Program-made: the position numbers and the translations under genes
Notes under the pieces: model-generated
Databases searched by the model: none
What the model saw: the letters and a program-made list of their open reading frames with translations, nothing else
Told to the model about the DNA's origin: nothing
From: an uncultured bacterium
GTDB lineage: Bacteria > Eisenbacteria > RBG-16-71-46
Assembly: GCA_964650245.1 (NCBI GenBank)
Contig: CAZYQK010000001.1
Coordinates: forward strand, 1 to 58,051
Length of the DNA: 58,051 nt
Reading direction: 5' to 3'
Shown: piece after piece, positions 52,958 to 58,051 of the stretch
Position numbering within the stretch: position 1 is the first letter of the stretch
Layout: the number at the start of each line of letters is the position of its first letter

Positions 52958-55489
52958 TTGGGCCGGAGCCTCGTCATAGCGATTGCCCTGGTGCTCGCGC
53001 CCGCGTGCCTTCGCCCGATGGCGGCGGCTTCGAGCCCGGCCAGTCTCCCCCCCGAGCCCCGGCTCGTGCGGGTCACGCTCGGGCCCCAGCTACCGCTCCG
53101 GGCGCTGCTCGAAGCCGGGCTCGACGTGGTCGAGGTCCGCGGCGGGCGTGAATGCCTGGTGTTCGAGTGGCCGGGCGATGACCGGACGCTCGAAGCGCTC
53201 GGGGCCGCGGCAGAGCTCGAGGACGCGGCTCCCGGCCGCAGCGCCGCGCGCCGCGCGCACGAGGAATGGAGCGCGCGCCCGGCGCCGCGGGGCAAGAGGG
53301 TCTCGAGCGCGATCGGGCCCGCCGGCGAGTTTCGCGTTCAGTCGCCTCCGCCCTTCGGCGCCGGCAGCATGGGCGGCTACTGGACGCTCGACGAGGTCAG
53401 GATGAAGCTCGACGACCTGGTGGCAAGCGACGCGGACAGCGTGGTGGCGGACCAGCTCGACACGCTCGGCACCACGGTGCTGGGGCGGCCGATCTTGGGG
53501 CTCCGGATAGGCAGGGCGGTGAGCGGCCCCGACCCGCGCCCGGTGGCGTTCTTCTCGGCGCTCACGCACGCGCGCGAGCCGGGCGGCATGCAGTCGCTCT
53601 TCTATTTCGTGGACGACCTGCTGTCGGGCTACGGCACGGACCCGTTCAAGACCTCGCTGCTCGACCACCGAGTCGTCTACATCGTGCCGGTGGTGAACCC
53701 CGACGGCTACCAGCTCAACGTCAACACCTATACCGCGACCGGCGGCGCCTCGTTCGGCAACTGGCGGAAGAACGCGCGCGACAACGACAACAACGGGAGC
53801 CACAGCTCGAGCAACGACGGCGTGGACCTGAACCGCAACTACGGCTACAAGTGGAACTACAACAACGTGGGCTCGAGCGGCTCGTTCTCGTCCCAGACCT
53901 ACCGCGGCCCGTCCGCATTCTCCGAGCCCGAGACCCGCGCCCAGCGCGACCGGGCGGTGCTCCTCCAGCCGAAGACGGGACTCGCGTTCCACACCTACAG
54001 CGATCTCTTCCTCCATCCCTGGGGCTGGACCGCGGCCGCCGCGCCGGACTCTGAGCTTTTCTACGAGCTGAACGACGAGTGCACGCTGGGGATCGGCTAT
54101 CAATCGGGCCCGGCGCCGCGCGTGCTCTACGAGGTGAATGGGGAGTTCAACGACTGGTGCTACGGCGACACCCTGCTCAAGCCCCGGTACTTTTCGTGGA
54201 CCCCGGAGGCGGGAAGCGGCGCCGACGGCTTCTGGCCGCCGCCCTCGCGCATCACCCCGATCGCCCGGGAGAACCTGAGATCGTGCTACACGCTGGCGGC
54301 GGCCGCCGGCGCGTACGTCCGGCTGGAGAACGCGAGGCTGGCCGAGGGATCGCTCCCGGCCGGAAACCTCGCCCATCTCGCGGTGCGGGCGCGCAACCTC
54401 GGCCTCGCCGGCACCGCGGCCCCGCTCACCGCCTGGCTGGTCTCGCTCGATCCCGGCGCGGTGGTGCTGGAGCCCGGACCGATCGCCTATCCCGCGCTGG
54501 GGCCCCGTCAGAGCGGCGACGCGACGGCCGGCGCCATGTTCGAGATTGCGGCGAGAGACAGCGTGACACCGGGCCGGCTGGTGCGCTTCCGCATCGAGTT
54601 CGTAACCGCGGAGGGCGAGTACTCGCGCGACACCGTCGAGGTCGCGGTCGGCGTTCCCACCGTGTTGGCCGCGGACGGCGCCTCGGGCGGCCTCGCGCAA
54701 TGGTCGGCCGGCGGGAGCTGGGGCGTCGTGAGCAACGACCCGCGCCACCCGAGCCTCTACTTCGCCGACAGCCCGGCCGGGAACTACGCCGCGAGCGTCA
54801 ACGCGGCGCTCATCCGTAAATCGCGACTCGACCTCTCGTCCGCGCTCCACGCCTACGCGATCTTCGAATCGCGCTGGAATCTGGAATCCGATTACGACGG
54901 CGAGGTGGTGGAAGCGAGCCTCGACAGCGTGACCTGGACGCCGCTGCGCGGCCGCGCCAGCGTGAGCGGCCTGTTCTCGCCGCAGCCGGCGAACGGCCCG
55001 GTCTACGAGGGCGCGCGCTGGCGGTGGAGGGAGGAGCGCGTGGATCTCTCGCCCTTCGCCGGCCCCACCGCCGGCGCGGTGCGCTTCCGCTTCCGCACCG
55101 TGGCGGACGGCGGCGCCCAGTTCGACGGCTTCAACTTCGACTCGCTCCGCATCGTGCTCTACGACACCGGGGCCCAGCCCGCGCCGGTGGCGGTCGGCGC
55201 GGCGGAGTCCTCGGGCCTCGAGTTCGCGCCGCCCGCGCCCAACCCGGCGCGCGGCCAGGCACGCTTCGTGTTCTCGCTCCCGGCCGCGGGCGAAGCACGG
55301 CTCGAGGTGTTCGACCTCGCGGGACGCCGCGTACGCCTGCTGCACGACGGCGCGCTCAGGGCCCAGCGCTACGTGTTCGGCTGGGACCTGCGCGACGACG
55401 GCGGGCGGCCCGTTTCCCCGGGCCTGTACCTGGCGCATCTCAGCACCGAGGCCGGCCACATCACCCGGCGCCTCGCAGTCCTGCGGTGA
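52958..55489 (+). CDS. M14 zinc carboxypeptidase with large accessory domains and a FlgD-Ig/T9SS-type C-terminal domain
   Basis: TTG start after GGAGGA (uncertain). Signal peptide. HAREPGG (HxxE), NPDGY, DLNRNYGYKW and FHTYSDLFLHPWG. The C-terminus is PNPARGQARFVFSLP...LEVFDLAGRRVR...WDLRDDGGRPVSPGLYLAHL. Confidence 0.85.
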   Translation: MGRSLVIAIALVLAPACLRPMAAASSPASLPPEPRLVRVTLGPQLPLRALLEAGLDVVEVRGGRECLVFEWPGDDRTLEALGAAAELEDAAPGRSAARRAHEEWSARPAPRGKRVSSAIGPAGEFRVQSPPPFGAGSMGGYWTLDEVRMKLDDLVASDADSVVADQLDTLGTTVLGRPILGLRIGRAVSGPDPRPVAFFSALTHAREPGGMQSLFYFVDDLLSGYGTDPFKTSLLDHRVVYIVPVVNPDGYQLNVNTYTATGGASFGNWRKNARDNDNNGSHSSSNDGVDLNRNYGYKWNYNNVGSSGSFSSQTYRGPSAFSEPETRAQRDRAVLLQPKTGLAFHTYSDLFLHPWGWTAAAAPDSELFYELNDECTLGIGYQSGPAPRVLYEVNGEFNDWCYGDTLLKPRYFSWTPEAGSGADGFWPPPSRITPIARENLRSCYTLAAAAGAYVRLENARLAEGSLPAGNLAHLAVRARNLGLAGTAAPLTAWLVSLDPGAVVLEPGPIAYPALGPRQSGDATAGAMFEIAARDSVTPGRLVRFRIEFVTAEGEYSRDTVEVAVGVPTVLAADGASGGLAQWSAGGSWGVVSNDPRHPSLYFADSPAGNYAASVNAALIRKSRLDLSSALHAYAIFESRWNLESDYDGEVVEASLDSVTWTPLRGRASVSGLFSPQPANGPVYEGARWRWREERVDLSPFAGPTAGAVRFRFRTVADGGAQFDGFNFDSLRIVLYDTGAQPAPVAVGAAESSGLEFAPPAPNPARGQARFVFSLPAAGEARLEVFDLAGRRVRLLHDGALRAQRYVFGWDLRDDGGRPVSPGLYLAHLSTEAGHITRRLAVLR

Positions 55490-56658
55490 GCGAAGCTCCC
55501 CACACCACGACACCGCGCCCGACATCGTCTCCCGCGCCCCGGCGAAAACCGCGCCTGCTCGTGGTCGGACCGCTGCCGCCCCCGATCGGCGGGGTCGAGA
55601 CGTTCATGCAGGCCATGCTGGAGTCGGCCGCGTTCTCCGGGTTCGATCTCGCGCACTGCAACACCACCAAGGGCCGCCCCAAGGAAACCCAGGGCAAGTT
55701 CGATCCCGGCAACTTCGCGTGGGCCGCGCGCCACATGGGGCGCATGATGCGCGACGCGGGGCGCTTCCGCCCCGATGTCGTGTATCTGCCGGTCGCCGGC
55801 ACCTGGTCGGGCTTCCTGCGCGACATGGCGCTGGCCTTCTTCGCGCGCCGCTCGGGCGCCAGGCTGGTGGGGCACGTGCACGGCAGCGACTTCCACTTCG
55901 TCCTCGAGCGCGGCGGCCTCGATCGGCGGGTGGTGCGCGCCGGGCTCGCCCAGTTCGATCGCATGCTGGTCCTGGGCGAGCGCTGGAAGCGGGTGCTCGA
56001 GGAGTTCGGGGTGGGATGCCCGGTGGAGGTCGTGCCTTCCACCTTCCGCCGCGAGGTTTTCGAGCGCGCGGCCGGAACGCCCCGCCACGCGGCATCGGAC
56101 GGCCCGGTGCGCGGCCTGTTCGTCGGGCAGGTCGGACGCCGCAAGGGCGTCTTCGACGTGCTGCGCGCGCTCGAGCGAGTGCGCGCCGAGTCGCTACCGT
56201 TCCATCTCACCTTCGTGGGCCCGGCCGAGCTCGAGGGGGAATGGGAGCCGGTGCAGGCGTTGCGCCGAGAGCTCCGGCTCGAGTCCATGACCGAGTTTAC
56301 CGGCTCGCTGCAGGGTGAGGCGCTCTACCAGCGCTTCGCCGCCGCCGACCTGTTCGTGATGCCGAGCTACACCGAGGGCCTGCCGGTGGTGCTGTTCGAG
56401 GCCGGCGCGTTCGGGCTGCCGGTCATCACCACCCCGGTGGGCGCGATCCCGGATCTGATCGTGAACGAGCGCAACGGGCTGCTGGTCGAGCCGGGGCGGG
56501 TCGACCAGATCGCGGCGGCGATCGCACGCATGGCGCGAGACCGCGAGGCCCGCGAGCGCATGGGCCTGGCACTGCGCGAGGACATCATGGCGTTCCATCC
56601 CGACCGCGTGTGCGAGCGCGTGGCGCTGGCACTCGCGGCGACGCTGGAGGCGAGATGA
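55486..56658 (+). CDS. Family 4 (GT-B) glycosyltransferase
   Basis: The GTG at 55486 overlaps the M14 stop (GTGA). Contains PPIGGVETF and FVMPSYTEGLPVVLFEAGAFGLPVITT...NGLLVEPG (EX7E region). Confidence 0.88.
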   Translation: MSEAPHTTTPRPTSSPAPRRKPRLLVVGPLPPPIGGVETFMQAMLESAAFSGFDLAHCNTTKGRPKETQGKFDPGNFAWAARHMGRMMRDAGRFRPDVVYLPVAGTWSGFLRDMALAFFARRSGARLVGHVHGSDFHFVLERGGLDRRVVRAGLAQFDRMLVLGERWKRVLEEFGVGCPVEVVPSTFRREVFERAAGTPRHAASDGPVRGLFVGQVGRRKGVFDVLRALERVRAESLPFHLTFVGPAELEGEWEPVQALRRELRLESMTEFTGSLQGEALYQRFAAADLFVMPSYTEGLPVVLFEAGAFGLPVITTPVGAIPDLIVNERNGLLVEPGRVDQIAAAIARMARDREARERMGLALREDIMAFHPDRVCERVALALAATLEAR

Positions 56659-58051
56659 GCGGCGCCGGCTGGAAACTGGCGCGGCTCGCCGCGATGCCGC
56701 CCGGCGAGATCGCCCATCGCGCGCGGGTGGCGCTGCGCGACCGCTTCGCGCCGCCCGCCTATACGCGCTGGACGCCCGCGCAGGCCGGCGAGCTGCTCTT
56801 CGAGAGCGGCGCGGCGGGCGCGTGGCGCGGCAGCTTGCTCCCGCGCTGGATCCATCCGCTCGAGCCCGCGGAGGCGTTCGGCTCCACGATCGCCGCGGCG
56901 CGCGATCTCGGCGCGGGACGCTGGACTCTGTTCGGCCGCCCGGTCCAGCTCGACGATCCGCCGCGCTGGAACCGCAACTACGCCACGGGCGCGGAGTGGC
57001 CCGAGCGGCCGAGCCGCGCCCTCGACTACCGGCGAGCCGATGTCGCGGGCGGGGCGAAGTACACGTGGGAGCTGGGCCGCCTCACCTTTCTCCCGACGCT
57101 GGCGCTCGCGGCGCGGCTGGCGGGCGATCGCGCCGCCGCCGGGCGTGTCGCGCGTTGGCTGGCCGACTTCACGGCCCACAACCCGCTCGGCCAGGGCATC
57201 CAGCACACCAGCGGCATCGAGATGGCGGTGCGCGTGCTCACCGGGTGCTGGACGCTCGCGCTGCTGGGCGAGGCGGCCGCGGACGCGCCACTCGCGCCCT
57301 GCCTCGGCCTGCTCGCCCAGCAGGCGCATTTCTGTCGCGATCACCTGAGCCTGGGATCGAGCGCGAACAACCACCTGATCGCGGAGGTCGCGGCCATCAC
57401 GACGCTGGCGGCGGCGTTTCCCGTGCTACGTGGCGCTGACACGCTGCTGCGCGAGGGGCTGGCGGGCCTCGAGCGCGAGACGCTGCGCCAGATCCACCCG
57501 GACGGCGTGCCGGCCGAGCAGGCGTTCGGCTACCTGCCGTTTGTCTGGGAGCTGCTGCTGGTGCCGTTCATGGCCGCGGGCCATGCGGGCCGCAGGGTGA
57601 GCCCGTCGGTGCGGGAGCGCCTCGAGCGCTCGCTCGACTTCGCGCGCGCGATCCGGCTCCCGGACGGCCGCTGGCCGCAGGTCGGCGACGAGGACGACGG
57701 CCGCGTGCTGCTGGCCGAGGAGGGCGCGAGCCGGCTCGACCGCGTCGGGAACGCGCTCGCCGCGTGGCTCGATGCCGACGCGCTCGGCGACGACGCCGCG
57801 CTCGCACTCCTGCTCACCGGCCGCGCGCCGCGCCCGGCGCGGGCCGCGGGCGACTGGCGCCACGAGTTCCCCGCGGGCGGCTACACCGTGTGGCGCGAGC
57901 GCGGCCTGCTGGTCACGCTCGATCACGGGCCGCTCGGGCTCGGAACCCTCGCCGCGCACGGCCACGCCGACGCGCTCTCGCTCACGATGTTTCGCGGCGC
58001 AGACGCGATCGCGATCGATCCCGGAACGCTCGCCTACCACGAGGATGCCGA
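56655..58051 (+). CDS. Heparinase II/III-like (alginate-lyase-fold) protein; 3' end beyond the window
   Basis: Absent from the ORF track because it runs off the window. The ATG at 56655 overlaps the GT4 stop (ATGA). Contains PPRWNRNY, YTWELGRL, IEMAVRVLTW-like, NNHLIAEVAA and GHAHADALSL, typical of heparinase II/III family proteins found in polysaccharide loci. Confidence 0.75.
   Translation, partial: MSGAGWKLARLAAMPPGEIAHRARVALRDRFAPPAYTRWTPAQAGELLFESGAAGAWRGSLLPRWIHPLEPAEAFGSTIAAARDLGAGRWTLFGRPVQLDDPPRWNRNYATGAEWPERPSRALDYRRADVAGGAKYTWELGRLTFLPTLALAARLAGDRAAAGRVARWLADFTAHNPLGQGIQHTSGIEMAVRVLTGCWTLALLGEAAADAPLAPCLGLLAQQAHFCRDHLSLGSSANNHLIAEVAAITTLAAAFPVLRGADTLLREGLAGLERETLRQIHPDGVPAEQAFGYLPFVWELLLVPFMAAGHAGRRVSPSVRERLERSLDFARAIRLPDGRWPQVGDEDDGRVLLAEEGASRLDRVGNALAAWLDADALGDDAALALLLTGRAPRPARAAGDWRHEFPAGGYTVWRERGLLVTLDHGPLGLGTLAAHGHADALSLTMFRGADAIAIDPGTLAYHEDA

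Noticed and set aside
53090-55525. 811-aa minus-strand ORF antisense to the M14 carboxypeptidase
   Set aside because: No motifs and an Arg/Ala/Gly-rich composition. The + strand frame carries the HxxE, NPDGY and DLNRNY carboxypeptidase motifs.
1-58051. Scan for tRNA, rRNA, CRISPR repeats, transposase, integrase or IS ends
   Set aside because: I saw no cloverleaf-like or rRNA-like segments, no regularly spaced short repeats, and no DDE, tyrosine- or serine-recombinase motifs in any plausible frame. A by-eye scan could miss small or degenerate elements, so tRNAscan/Infernal/ISEScan should confirm this.

Overview
High-GC (about 70% by eye, not computed) bacterial chromosomal window, densely coding, probably from an uncultivated lineage. 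That guess rests on recurrent FlgD-Ig/T9SS-type C-terminal domains and FN3-rich secreted proteins. All calls come from reading translations and motifs by hand; no searches were run. The ORF track is full of Arg/Ala/Gly/Pro-rich off-frame or antisense shadow ORFs, which I ignored wherever a motif-bearing frame explained the region.

Contents, in order:
1. A minus-strand operon of two FN3 proteins plus a PorV-like beta-barrel fused to LysM (2-3704).
2. A compact type IVa pilus cluster, pilT-pilB-pilC-pilA, three minor pilins, pilMNOPQ and pilD (4397-16563).
3. An atypical orphan LuxR-type response regulator, a Cys-rich secreted protein and fabH.
4. A complete Tad/Flp pilus locus on the minus strand (20196-29063), bracketed by direct-repeat fragments of an SGNH-hydrolase paralog.
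5. An intact SGNH hydrolase, a lipoprotein and an 892-aa coiled-coil protein.
6. A mosaic, decayed region (35.5-41.3 kb) holding a truncated MFS gene, an NMO-family oxidoreductase, an SRPBCC fragment, a lower-GC GT28-like glycosyltransferase and an AbiEi/AbiEii module. Unusual C-rich (G-quadruplex-prone) tracts punctuate it.
7. Housekeeping and metabolic genes: YhiN-type flavoprotein, EamA transporter, NUDIX-MBL fusion, M16 peptidase pair, cupin, lat, lrp, thrH, HAD and an alpha/beta hydrolase.
8. An M14 carboxypeptidase with a CTD, coupled to GT4 and heparinase II/III-like genes that run off the window.

No rRNA, tRNA, CRISPR array, transposase or integrase was recognised.
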